Assembly: GCA_032249135.1 (NCBI GenBank)
Contig: JAVVGL010000001.1
Span: 144,283 to 208,282 of the forward strand
Source of the DNA: Candidatus Calescibacterium sp.
GTDB lineage: Bacteria; Calescibacteriota; Calescibacteriia; Calescibacteriales; Calescibacteriaceae
DNA: 64,000 nucleotides
Direction of reading: 5' to 3'
Shown: positions 30,601 through 41,181 of the stretch, piece by piece
How positions within the stretch are numbered: position 1 is the first letter of the stretch
Layout of the letters: every line of letters starts with the position of its first letter
Notes under the pieces: model-generated
Told to the model about the DNA's origin: nothing
The model's database searches: none
The model's input: only the letters and a program-made list of their open reading frames with translations
Program-made: the position numbers and the translations under genes

Positions 30601-33600
30601 AAATTCACCGATCAATTAGGAAACAGCTTTATTCGGGTTTATAATTCTCGGGGAGAAGTTATATATAAAGAAGATCCTCATGAAGGAAGGTTAAGACTTT
30701 ACTACGATTACAATATGAACCTCACAGCTGTTGTCGATGAACTTGAAAGAATTGGATATATGAATTACGACCATGACGGGAATCTTATTGAGAAAATAGA
30801 TTTTGGTGGGGGTAGATGGGTATTCTTTTATAATGAATCAAATCTCCCAGTAAAAGCAGTAGATCCACAAGGCGGTGAATGGAATTTTGAATATAATGGA
30901 GATGGAAAAAGGATCAGGGAAATTCTACCTTCCGGTGCCGAGACAAAGGTAATATTAGATGAAGCCGGAAGAATAGCGAGAGTTGAATTTTACGATGGAG
31001 TAATTCTTACAAGAACTTATAACATAATGGGACTTATAGTTGAGGAATCTATAAATGGTTTAGCAACACGGTATGAATATGATCTTGCAGGTAATCCTGT
31101 AAAGGTTGTCAGCCAAGATGGCTCAATCATATTTTATGATTTTACTGGTAGAGTTACAGCTACTACTGATCCTGCTGGCAATGTAACCTTATATCAATAT
31201 GACTTTTTGGGTAGGCTGATAAAAGAGGTGAAGCCAGATGGAGGAATTTATGAATACTCTTACGATTCCGAGGGTAATTTGATATCTAAAAAAGATCCTC
31301 TAGGTAACATTACAAGATATGAATATGATGCTTTGGGTCGAGTTATAAAAATCATAGACCCCAAAGGTGCTGAAACATCTTTTACATATGCCCCAAAAGG
31401 GAATGTCACTTCTATAACAGATCCGTTGGGAAGAAAAACACTTTACTACTATGATGCTTTAGGAAATGTTACGGCGGTTGTTGATCCTTCTGAAAGGGTG
31501 ACAAGATACATTTATGATTCAGCGGGAAATGTCATAGCAATTTTGGATCCTGACGGAAGGTGGGTTAGTTTCAAGTATGATACATTAGGGAGAGTTATAG
31601 AAAAAAATATCGGTGGAAGGATTTGGAAATATAAATACGATATAGGTGGTAATCTCATATCCGTTATAGATCCTCTGGGGAATGAAACAAAATATACATA
31701 CGATATTTACGGGAGAATAGTTTCAGAGGAGGATCCACTGGGCAGGGTTATACACTATAAGTATGATAAGTTCGGAAATCTTATAGAGAAAACATACCAT
31801 AACAACATCAGAATATCCTATAAGTACGATAAATTTGGGCGTGTTATAGAAAAGGTTTATCCTGACAACACAAAGGTAACTTATGAATATGATAGAGCTG
31901 GTAGGTTGGTGAGAGCAAAGAATAAGGATATTGATATTTCAAAAACATATGATTCTATGGGTAGGATAAGAGAAAACACATTGAAACTACCTGGATTCCC
32001 ATCTTTCACTATCTATTATGAATATGATCGGCTTGGGAGGAGGACAAAAATGATAGATCCTTTTGGTGGGGTTTTCAAATATTACTATGATGAAACAGGA
32101 AACTTAATATCTCTTGTGAACTCCGAGGGAAGGGAGTTTAGGTTTGAGTATAATCTTGCAGGTGAAAGAACGAAGGTAATATATCCTAACGGTATCGTTG
32201 CAGAATATTCATATAACGGATGTAATGCTGGCTGCAAAAGTAGTATGAGAGTTTCTAATATAACAATAACCAAAGATGGAAAGGAATTACTGCTTTCTTT
32301 TTCTTATAAATATGATGGGAGCGGGAATGTTACAGAAGTTGAAGAACCAGATAAAATTATTTCCTATTTTTATGATGACGCTAATGAGCTTGTTGGAGTA
32401 GATGTAAAGCACAAAAGAAAGGAGGAAAAAGATTACTTGTTCAGATATTTTTATGATCTTTTTGGGAACAGGGTTGGTATGAAAATTGAATCAAAAGATG
32501 AAGGTCTCCCTTTTGACCCTAACTTGCAAAGAACTCTGGATGGATTTCCAAAACTTAAACATCCGTTAGAAATTTTCTATCTATTTGACAATGCTAACCA
32601 AATCATTTATGAGGAGGCAAGAAGGAGGAACGGAAGTACATATTATAAAGTTTTTTATGAATTTGATCCTGTTGGGAACCTTTCAAGAAAATTAGTCCAG
32701 AATTTTGAAGGTGGCAAAGTTGAGGAATTTTTAACTGAGTACATATATAACTTTGAAAATAAACTTAAAAAGATTATCTACCAAAAAGAAGGGGAAAAGA
32801 AGGAAAACTCGTTTTTGGTTTCTGACATAGATTCAAAAGTTTATAGGAGGAGTGATAGTAAAGGGGAAGTCAAATACTTTATATATGATGGAGAGAATAT
32901 TCTTGCAGAACTTGATGAGAAGGGGAATTTACTAGCAAGATATACTTTTGGTCTTGGGGTAGATGAGATTTTGGGGAAGATTGAATTTAAGAAAAAAAAC
33001 GGAAAAGGGAAAAACGGGAATGGAAAAGGCGAATCACAGAAACAGAAAAATGAATTTTTCTACCATGTGGATGGAACTTTGTCTGTAAGAGCTATAACAG
33101 ATGAAAGAGGGAATTTGGTAGCAAAGTATGATTATGATCCGTTTGGACGACCATTAAAGGTATGGGGAGGGGAAGAGGCAAGGGAAAACGTATTTTTATT
33201 TGGAGGTAGGGAATATATTCCAGAGGCAGGGATTTATGATTTCAGAGCAAGGGCGATGGATCCAAGATATGGAAGATTCACGCAAAAGGATCCAGTATTG
33301 GAGGCAGGGGGAGAGGATGGTAAAAGAAGACTTATTGAAAGGGGAACATCAAAGTTGTTCTGGAATCCATATGTTTACGCTGATAACAATCCGCTCAGAA
33401 ACAAAGATCCTTTTGGGCTCTACATAATACTTTGTGATACAAGAGATAAGAGGGTATGGAGAGCAACAAGAATTGTTGATAAGAAAATATTCAAAGAAAA
33501 GTGCGTTGGAGGTGGATGGCCATTTGGTTTGGGAAGTTGCCTCAGGAGAATTTCATATACTGTGACAATAAAATGTGCAAGAATGGATCGTTGTGGTAAA

Positions 33601-33828
33601 GCTTTTCATATCATAGATGTTTGGCTCAAACATGGTCTTGTCTTCAGTAAAAGTGCCGACGAAAAAACAGTAACGAACTGTTTACCATGCTTAAAATCAA
33701 TGACAATAGAAGAGGTAATTGCATCAACTATATTACATGAAATGGTACATGTCTGCTGCAGGGGTGAGAATACTGCGGATAGGTGTGAGAGAAAATGTTT
33801 TTGTGGTTCGGACGAAAAATGTCCATAA
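27678..33828 (+). CDS. RHS/YD-repeat polymorphic toxin-like lipoprotein (ZU5-like, Vgb/NHL-like propeller, DUF6531-like, YD shell, RHS core, HEXXH tip); frameshifted at (AG)9 (track ORF 27874..33828)
   Basis: IP.GAL..P..I, F..PAEISI.Y (ZU5-like); G.VWF/WMT propeller blades; VNLVSGNL..YNS..LGPRW; many Y.YD..G.L repeats; YDPFG, YDFRAR..DP..GRF.Q.DP, NPYVYADNNPL...DPFGL; ILHEMVH. Confidence 0.9.
27694..27711 (+). repeat. (AG)9 dinucleotide repeat at codons 6-12 of the RHS gene
   Basis: agagagagagagagagag; (AG)10 or (AG)7 would join ATG 27678 to the main ORF. Confidence 0.9.
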
Positions 33829-34952
33829 ACCATAGCATGGTTCCGTTTTTTCTATTTCTGTTATTATTATTTTATTTCCCACTTTCATTTCATAGTTGTA
33901 TTACTTATTGGTGTCATTATACTCCCAATTATGATCCAGTGTATATTGAAGGTAAAATTTATTTCGTTGATGTTAGGGGAACGCTTTACATCATAGACCA
34001 ACAAGGTAAAGTAGATAAGATAAAATTGGTAAAGGAAGGAGAAAAGGTAGAGGAATGGGGGATATTTTATCGTCCAATAGTACCTTGTGGCAACAGAATT
34101 TTTATAAACATAAAAGAGCAAAGCATCATATCACTGAACTACCAAGGCGAACTAACAGAATATAAGGTTGAAGAAGCTAAATTTTCTCCTTACTTCTTCC
34201 TCTATTGCACAACACAAGGCTTATTTATGATAAACCAGGATATTATGATTCCCCCAGATAATAGAATAATGAGAATTTTTGACATCTCTGACTTACTTTC
34301 TCCAAATAGGGAAATAAAACCAAAACTTTTAGGCGAATTTGATAAAGTTTGCGAACCTCTTGGAATCAGAAATTTCTTTCCTTTTCCTTCTTCCAATATT
34401 TGGCTTATTTGCCGAGATAAAAACTATAATTATAAAGTTTTCAAATTTGATCCTCAAACCTCCAATTTTTTTGAAGTATCAGAGTTTGCAGGATTGTATT
34501 CAACTTTGATTTATGATAGTATAATAATACGTGTCAAAGGATTTTGGAGTGAAGGTAAGTATATTTATGCTATTATAGCAAGAGACATAAGTGGAAATTT
34601 ATTATGGAAAAGAGAATTTGATCACTACTGGGAAAGATCATTTTTAATTGGAGGAGCAATAGTAATGTTAAGACAGGATATTAAAGAACATCATAGGCAA
34701 ATCAAAACAATTTTGGAAAAATATATTTTCCTATCTCCTTATACCGGTGAAGTACTTTTAGAGAAGGATATAAGATTTGAGGTACCAGGATATATAATTG
34801 GTGAAGAAATAACTCCTGAATGGGAACTTTATATCATATGGATTAATGAAGAAAAAGCAAAAAAGGAGATATTGCTACTTGATCTGAAAAATGGTGGAGT
34901 AAAATGGAAATTAGATTTAGATTTCGCTCCTCCCACGTGCATTAAAAAATAA
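33795..34952 (+). CDS. PQQ/BamB-like beta-propeller putative lipoprotein; candidate immunity protein 1 (start may be 33819 or 33837)
   Basis: Hydrophobic signal ending FHSC; GNLLWKR, LSPYTGEVL, LDLKNGGVKW; abuts or overlaps toxin stop. Confidence 0.6.
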   Translation: MFLWFGRKMSINHSMVPFFLFLLLLFYFPLSFHSCITYWCHYTPNYDPVYIEGKIYFVDVRGTLYIIDQQGKVDKIKLVKEGEKVEEWGIFYRPIVPCGNRIFINIKEQSIISLNYQGELTEYKVEEAKFSPYFFLYCTTQGLFMINQDIMIPPDNRIMRIFDISDLLSPNREIKPKLLGEFDKVCEPLGIRNFFPFPSSNIWLICRDKNYNYKVFKFDPQTSNFFEVSEFAGLYSTLIYDSIIIRVKGFWSEGKYIYAIIARDISGNLLWKREFDHYWERSFLIGGAIVMLRQDIKEHHRQIKTILEKYIFLSPYTGEVLLEKDIRFEVPGYIIGEEITPEWELYIIWINEEKAKKEILLLDLKNGGVKWKLDLDFAPPTCIKK

Positions 34953-34968
34953 TGAATAGTTTAGAAAA

Positions 34969-36300
34969 ATGCATTTGTATAATATAGTTGTACTAATACT
35001 AATTTTAATCTTTAATCTTTTAATCTTTACTCCATTTTGCTCCAATGATCAGGTCTTAAAGGAAGTTTTTTCTTGTCTTACTAGGTGGTATATTGAATGT
35101 ACACATCCTCCATACGAGTTATTACTCTGCAAAGATAAAATTCTTTTCTTAGATAGAAATGGAAGGCTTTGGAGCATTTCATCATCTGGTAATATAGATT
35201 GGGTAAAAAATACCGGCATTAAGAGAAATTTTTATGATGCTCTGCTAGCATGTGATGACTTTTCCATATATGTGGTCTCCAAAAACCAAATCATATCAGT
35301 TGATTTTGAAGGAAATATCACAAAAAGATATAACCTTGATTTCAAAGAAGAGTTTCATTTCAATGATGCTGTATTTATTGGCAAGAAACTAATTTTAATC
35401 TCACGGAGAAAAATTCTTGCTTTTGATATTGATAAATGGAAAATGATATGGGTAAAAGATGCTACTGAAAACTCTTTTCAGGATTTCACCTCTATTTCAG
35501 AAAATCAAGCTATTTTCTCTTCTAATTCAAACATATATAAGATAGACTTGCAAACAGGTGATGTAATCAACAAAATCTCATTAGAGGATTACTTCAAAGA
35601 AGAAAGATGTATTTTTCATATGCCTGTGGTGAATAAAGATTATGGTTATGTAGATGGTGTCTATTACTATCATGAAAACAAGTATCCTTCGCCACTATCT
35701 TATATATGGTTAAGATGTTATTATTACATTGATGGTAAAAGAAAAGAAAAGATTTTAGGTATTGAACCTGAAAATTTCAATATAGTCTTTCCTCCAACTG
35801 AAATTCCTAAATTCGGTCAGGTAGTTGGGATTTTTCAAGATAAATTGATTCTCGCAGATAATTTTCAAAATGGCAGCACCATCACTCTATACGCTTTGAG
35901 CGTTACCGGAGAAATTTTGTGGGAAAGAAAAATAGAAGGAATTGAATTTTTTGGTACAGTTCAACCTGGAGATGTTACAATTTATATATCAAAAGGTTAC
36001 AAGACAATATTTTTAGTTTATCCCTTTACCGGGGAAATTTTACATAAGACCACTGATATAAATATCAATTTTCATACTTTTACAAGAAAAGGAGCAGATG
36101 AAATAGGTGAGCTTTTAGATATAAAGAATGCAAAGTTGTATCTTTTATGGATTTACGGAGATGCATATGAGGAGAGAAAAGAAAGGAAAGGACTTTTGAA
36201 ATTAGATTTGAAAGAAGGGAAAATGGAATGGAATACTGAGATAAACTTTACCGAACCAGAGTGTCATAGAGATAAGATGCCAATAAGGTGGTATAGATAA
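34969..36300 (+). CDS. PQQ/BamB-like beta-propeller putative lipoprotein; candidate immunity protein 2, paralog of previous gene
   Basis: Signal ending TPFC; IDLQTGDV, TGEILWER, VYPFTGEIL, LDLKEGKMEW. Confidence 0.6.
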   Translation: MHLYNIVVLILILIFNLLIFTPFCSNDQVLKEVFSCLTRWYIECTHPPYELLLCKDKILFLDRNGRLWSISSSGNIDWVKNTGIKRNFYDALLACDDFSIYVVSKNQIISVDFEGNITKRYNLDFKEEFHFNDAVFIGKKLILISRRKILAFDIDKWKMIWVKDATENSFQDFTSISENQAIFSSNSNIYKIDLQTGDVINKISLEDYFKEERCIFHMPVVNKDYGYVDGVYYYHENKYPSPLSYIWLRCYYYIDGKRKEKILGIEPENFNIVFPPTEIPKFGQVVGIFQDKLILADNFQNGSTITLYALSVTGEILWERKIEGIEFFGTVQPGDVTIYISKGYKTIFLVYPFTGEILHKTTDININFHTFTRKGADEIGELLDIKNAKLYLLWIYGDAYEERKERKGLLKLDLKEGKMEWNTEINFTEPECHRDKMPIRWYR

Positions 36301-36314
36301 CCTACAACAAACTA

Positions 36315-36725
36315 CTACTTATCTGATGATTTTTCTTCTTCTGTTTTTGGTTTCAATCTTTGTTTTATTTCTGGTAAAACCTTTTCTGCTATATCTGGAA
36401 TAAGGTTTATCGCTTTTTCTAAAAGTGCGGATTGCGGTTTTGATGTTGAATGAAATACGGCTTGACCTTCATCTGTTATGACAAGCAATCCTATTGGCTC
36501 AACCGATATAGCTCCACCAGAAGCCCCGATTTCTTTTTCAGACCGAGAACCAGCCATAAATCCTATCTTCAACTTAGAAAGTGGAATAATACATGCTTTC
36601 CCAACTGTTATAGGCTTTCCGACAATTGTTTCGGAACTTACCACATCTTTTATTCTCTGAAACAGAGAATCAAGAATACTCTCAAGACCCGATGTATTAC
36701 TTTTCCCTTTTTCTTTTTCCTCCAT
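36315..36725 (-). CDS. GerW/YtfJ-family protein
   Basis: TIVGKPI.VG...IIPLSK..IGF.AG...GASGG.ISVEP.G.LVI. Confidence 0.8.
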   Translation of the reverse strand: MEEKEKGKSNTSGLESILDSLFQRIKDVVSSETIVGKPITVGKACIIPLSKLKIGFMAGSRSEKEIGASGGAISVEPIGLLVITDEGQAVFHSTSKPQSALLEKAINLIPDIAEKVLPEIKQRLKPKTEEEKSSDK

Positions 36726-36829
36726 AATAAAGAAATTAAAAATAAAAGCTGCTTTTTTCTTGCTTTTGCAAGAAAAGCTTTATTTTAAAAAAACATAATC
36801 TAAAACAGTGAGCTTTAATATTTTTTACT

Positions 36830-38407
36830 ATGGTGATATTTTTTATCACAATCATAATGTTTTTTACGGAGTATGTACACCCCGCAAAAATCCTATCAAC
36901 TTTCCCGACTTTTCAAGATAGCACCCCAGTAGAGAGAATAATCAAAAGGTTCCTCAATCCAGAAGAAGAACAAAAAGGGAAAGAGGAAAAAATGAAAAAT
37001 GAAAAAGAAGAAGAAAAAGAAGATAAAGCAAAGGGAAAAGAAAAAAACAAAGAAGACGAAAATAAAAAAGACAAAAGCATCATAGAAAGCAAAAAAAAGA
37101 GTGATTCAGAAGAAACTATTCAAAAAGCTCCAGAAGTAAGAAAGAATTTATCTGATAAAGTTTATGTAATCCAGGTTGAAGGTGCGATAAGTCCGCCGGT
37201 TGCTGAATTTATAGTAGAAGGAATAGAAACTGCCCAGAAGGAAGGAGCAAAACTTATTGTAATTCTTCTTGATACACCGGGGGGCTTAGATCTTTCAATG
37301 CGTAAGATAATTCAAGCAATAGAATCATCGTATGTTCCCGTTTGTGTTTTTGTCTGGCCTGTTGGAGCTCGTGCAGCATCTGCAGGAACATTCATAACTA
37401 TTTCAGCTCATATTGCAGCTATGGCTCCCGGAACATCAATAGGAGCAGCTTCACCAGTTATGATGGGGGGACAGCAAATAGATGAAAAACTCAGAAAAAA
37501 GATAGAAAATGACGCAATTGCATATATAAAGGCACTTGGAGAAAGGCACGGAAGGAATACAGAATGGCTCGAAAAAGCTGTAAAAGAAGCAGCAACTCTA
37601 ACAGCAGAAGAAGCTTTGAAAAATAATGTAATTGATATTATTGCTGAGAGCATCTCTGAACTTATAAAGAAAATAAATGGGATGAAAGTAAAAACTCCCG
37701 CAGGTGAGATTGCAATTGAAATCTCAAACTATGAGATAGTAAGATTTGAACAGAACATAAAACATAGAGTATTGAGGGTTATATCAGATCCAAACATAGC
37801 ATATATTCTTCTTATGATAGGAATATGGGGCATATTTTTTGAACTTGCAAACCCAGGTGCTATTTTTCCGGGAGTAATAGGCGCAATATGTCTTATTTTA
37901 GGACTATATTCTCTTCAAACCCTCCCTGTAAATTGGGCTGGACTTTTACTAATTGTTATGGCTATAATTCTCTTTTTGCTTGAAGTCAAATTCCAATCTG
38001 CTGGAATTTTAGCTCTTGCAGGAATAGGTAGCATGATTTTAGGTTCCTTGATGCTTTTCAAATCTCCCGAGCCTTTTTTACGTGCCTCCATGAAAGTGAT
38101 AATTTCATCAACATTAGCAACTGCTGCGTTTTTTGTTTTTGTAGCATACAAAGGTTTGAAAGCTCAGATGAGAAAATCCTTTGTAGGTCTTGAAAGCCTA
38201 ATAGGTGAAGTCGGAGAAGCAATAGCTGACTTTAAAGATGGAAAAGGAAAAATTTTCATATCAGGAGAGATATGGGATGCAGAGCTTAACTCACCACACC
38301 AGGAAGAAATAAAGAAAGGAGAAAAAGTGAAGATTATTAATGCAACTGGAATGAAGCTCATAGTAGAAAAAATAGATAGGAAAGGGAATCAACAAAACAA
38401 AAACTAA
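36830..38407 (+). CDS. nfeD: NfeD-family membrane-bound serine protease (ClpP-like + TM + OB fold)
   Basis: LDTPGGL..SMR.I, RAASAG, AAMAPGT.IGAA.PV, GRN..W, GEIWDA. Confidence 0.9.
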   Translation: MVIFFITIIMFFTEYVHPAKILSTFPTFQDSTPVERIIKRFLNPEEEQKGKEEKMKNEKEEEKEDKAKGKEKNKEDENKKDKSIIESKKKSDSEETIQKAPEVRKNLSDKVYVIQVEGAISPPVAEFIVEGIETAQKEGAKLIVILLDTPGGLDLSMRKIIQAIESSYVPVCVFVWPVGARAASAGTFITISAHIAAMAPGTSIGAASPVMMGGQQIDEKLRKKIENDAIAYIKALGERHGRNTEWLEKAVKEAATLTAEEALKNNVIDIIAESISELIKKINGMKVKTPAGEIAIEISNYEIVRFEQNIKHRVLRVISDPNIAYILLMIGIWGIFFELANPGAIFPGVIGAICLILGLYSLQTLPVNWAGLLLIVMAIILFLLEVKFQSAGILALAGIGSMILGSLMLFKSPEPFLRASMKVIISSTLATAAFFVFVAYKGLKAQMRKSFVGLESLIGEVGEAIADFKDGKGKIFISGEIWDAELNSPHQEEIKKGEKVKIINATGMKLIVEKIDRKGNQQNKN

Positions 38408-38445
38408 AAAGCAAAAACATAAACAAAAAATAATCACCGAAAACT

Positions 38446-39195
38446 ATGTTAGTAATACCATCAATAGATATAAAAGAAGGAAGAGTTGTAAGATTGTTTC
38501 AGGGACAACCAGATAAAGAGATAATATCAATTCCTAATCCCGAAGAAGTTGCAAAGACGTGGAAGGAAAGAGGGGCAAAACTTGTCCATATCGTAGATAT
38601 TGACGCAGCTTTCGGAAAAGAAAACCAGGTAAAAATAATAGAAAAAGTTATAAATTCTGGTCCCAAAGCAACAGTAGGAGGAGGAATAAGAGATTTCAAA
38701 ACAGCAGAACTTTACATAAAAATGGGAGCCTTTGCAGTCGTTGTATCAACCATGTTCTTTGAGAACAAAAAAGATTTTATGAAACTCCAAGAGCTCTATC
38801 CAGAAAAAATAATTTTAGCATTTGATTTTGATGAAAATTTCCGTGTATCTATAAGAGGTTGGCAAAATAAAACAGAACTTTCTGTTGCTGATAAATCAAA
38901 AATAGAAAAGTTAGATTTAGAGAAAATAAAGGGTTTTTTATTTACCGCTGTTTTCAGAGATGGAACTTCAAATGGAGTAGCAAAAGAACACTTTCGGAAA
39001 ATTTCCGAAGTTTTCAAAATAAAAGAAGTAAAAGAAAAAGAAGAGGAGAAGAAGGAAAAAGATCAAAAAATCTTTATAGCATCTGGAGGTATAAGTTCTT
39101 ACGAAGACCTAAAATTCTTGAAAGATCTTGGATTCTGGGGAGCCGTTGTTGGAAGAGCATTCTATGAAGGAAAAATTAATGTTTTTGAGATTTAA
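38446..39195 (+). CDS. hisA: HisA ProFAR isomerase
   Basis: IPSIDIKEG.VVRL.QG, H.VD.D.A, VGGGIR, RDGT..G, ASGGI, VGRA.YEG. Confidence 0.88.
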   Translation: MLVIPSIDIKEGRVVRLFQGQPDKEIISIPNPEEVAKTWKERGAKLVHIVDIDAAFGKENQVKIIEKVINSGPKATVGGGIRDFKTAELYIKMGAFAVVVSTMFFENKKDFMKLQELYPEKIILAFDFDENFRVSIRGWQNKTELSVADKSKIEKLDLEKIKGFLFTAVFRDGTSNGVAKEHFRKISEVFKIKEVKEKEEEKKEKDQKIFIASGGISSYEDLKFLKDLGFWGAVVGRAFYEGKINVFEI

Positions 39196-39313
39196 ATAAA
39201 AAAACAAAAATTAAAATGAGAAAAGGTAAGAAGATAAAAAGGGAAAAAATAAAGGAATGAAAAATAAGAAAGAAAAAATAAAGAAATGAAAAATAAAAAA
39301 TTAAAGTTCAATT

Positions 39314-40252
39314 ATGGAGGATAAAAAAATAAAACTTATTGTGAATCCAAAATCAGGCGGAGGTGATGGCAAAAAGATTGCAAATTACATATCAGAAAAA
39401 TATCAGCATCTATTTTCTGAAATAGTTTTTACCTCCGGTCCAGGTGAAGCAATAGATTTAGCTAAAAACTCTGAGAACTTTGACGCAGTGTGTTTGATAG
39501 GAGGAGACGGAACACTAAATGAAGTTATAAATGGAGTAATGCAAATAGATGAGAAAAAAAGACCAAAGGTAGGAATAATTCCGGTTGGGACAGGAAATGA
39601 TTTCATAAAAACAATTGGAATAAGCAAAAATCCAGATGACGCTATAACGACAATTTTAAACATGAAAACAAAAAAGTTAGATGTTGCAATTTGTAAATTT
39701 TTAGATTTTTCAGGTAAACCCCAAAAAAGATACTACATAAATATAGCGGAATTCGGAATGGGAGGTGAAGTTGCAAATCTTGTAAATAAATATGGTAAAA
39801 TATTTAAAGGAACTATTCCATTTTTATTATTTGCTCTCGTATGTAATTTCACATTCAAAAACAAAACCGTGAGAATAAAAACAGATTGCGAGGATGAAAA
39901 ATTTCAAGATATTGAAGCAAATATAAGAGTTGTCGCAGTAGCAAACGGTAAATTTTACGGAGGAGGAATGCAGATAGCTCCATACGCACAACCAGATGAT
40001 GAATTACTTGACGTAGTCATAGTAAAAGATATGAACTCTATTGAAACTTTAAAAAACCTTCCCCTCCTTTACAAAGGAGAAAAAGGAGTGGAACAAGCGA
40101 AGAAAACAGGGAAGGTTCTTTATTTTAGAGCAAAAAAAGTTGAGGTTTTTGAAGCTGAAAATCTTATGATAGAGATGGAGGGAGAAGTTCCAGGACACAC
40201 TCCAAAATATTTTGAAATAATACCAAAAAGTATAGATTTCATAATCCCATAA
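39314..40252 (+). CDS. Diacylglycerol/lipid kinase family protein (YegS/BmrU-like)
   Basis: VNPKSG, GGDGTLNEVING, P.GTGNDF, NG.FYGGG. Confidence 0.9.
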   Translation: MEDKKIKLIVNPKSGGGDGKKIANYISEKYQHLFSEIVFTSGPGEAIDLAKNSENFDAVCLIGGDGTLNEVINGVMQIDEKKRPKVGIIPVGTGNDFIKTIGISKNPDDAITTILNMKTKKLDVAICKFLDFSGKPQKRYYINIAEFGMGGEVANLVNKYGKIFKGTIPFLLFALVCNFTFKNKTVRIKTDCEDEKFQDIEANIRVVAVANGKFYGGGMQIAPYAQPDDELLDVVIVKDMNSIETLKNLPLLYKGEKGVEQAKKTGKVLYFRAKKVEVFEAENLMIEMEGEVPGHTPKYFEIIPKSIDFIIP

Positions 40253-40296
40253 TTTACTGTAAATTACATTAAAAGTATAAGATAAGGAGATAAAAA

Positions 40297-41127
40297 ATGT
40301 CATCAAAGCCAGAAACAGTTATTAAACCTCCCAACAGGTTTTTGGGGGTATTTGATATAAAAGAGCTAAGAAGAAGGATAGATCTTCTTTTTGCATTTGC
40401 GGAAAGAGATATAAAAGTAAGATATAGGCGTACATTGATAGGTATAGGTTGGGCTATTATACAGCCTTTGTTTCAGATGATAATTTTCTCCATTATTTTT
40501 GGAAAGTTTGCAAAGCTTGAAACTGGGCAAATCCCCTACCCTGTTTATATATACTCAGCTTTGGTACCATGGCAATTTTTCTCCCGGTCCCTTACGGAGG
40601 CAAGCATGTCAGTAGTGGGTAATGCAAGTATTATATCAAAGATATATTTTCCCCGGGTGATTTTGCCTTTGAGCGTAATTTTATCAGCAGGATTTGACTT
40701 TTTGTTTGTTTTCGCAGTCTTAATACTTCTTATGATAATATATGGCATTTTTCCATCTTTGAACATAATATTTTTCCCTCTATTTTTGATATTGCAACTT
40801 ATGTGTGCTCTTGGAGTTGCTCTTTGGCTTGCTCCAATAAATGTAAAATATAGAGACGTAAAATACACATTACAATTTTTAAACCAATTATGGTTTTTTG
40901 CAACCCCAATAGTTTATCCACCCCACATAATACCAGAGAAATGGAGAGTAATCCAGTTTTTCAATCCCATGACAGGAGTAGTTGAGGGATATAGATGGTC
41001 ACTTTTAGGAACTCAACCGCCAGAACTATCACACCTTCTAATATCAATATCTACAATTCTTTTACTTTTCATAAGTGGATTCATATATTTTCACAGGCAA
41101 GAAAAAGATTTCGCAGATATAGTATAG
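40297..41127 (+). CDS. wzm: ABC-2 polysaccharide export permease (Wzm)
   Basis: RDIKVRY..T..G..W..IQP, KIYFPR, YRD, F.TPIVYP, NPM. Confidence 0.88.
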   Translation: MSSKPETVIKPPNRFLGVFDIKELRRRIDLLFAFAERDIKVRYRRTLIGIGWAIIQPLFQMIIFSIIFGKFAKLETGQIPYPVYIYSALVPWQFFSRSLTEASMSVVGNASIISKIYFPRVILPLSVILSAGFDFLFVFAVLILLMIIYGIFPSLNIIFFPLFLILQLMCALGVALWLAPINVKYRDVKYTLQFLNQLWFFATPIVYPPHIIPEKWRVIQFFNPMTGVVEGYRWSLLGTQPPELSHLLISISTILLLFISGFIYFHRQEKDFADIV

Positions 41128-41181
41128 AAAAAAGAAAATAAAAGTGCTTAGTTGTAAAATATTGTTTTCCATTGCATATAT

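Noticed and set aside
33829-36314. Orphan RHS C-terminal cassettes
   Set aside because: No additional DPxGL core fragments seen downstream
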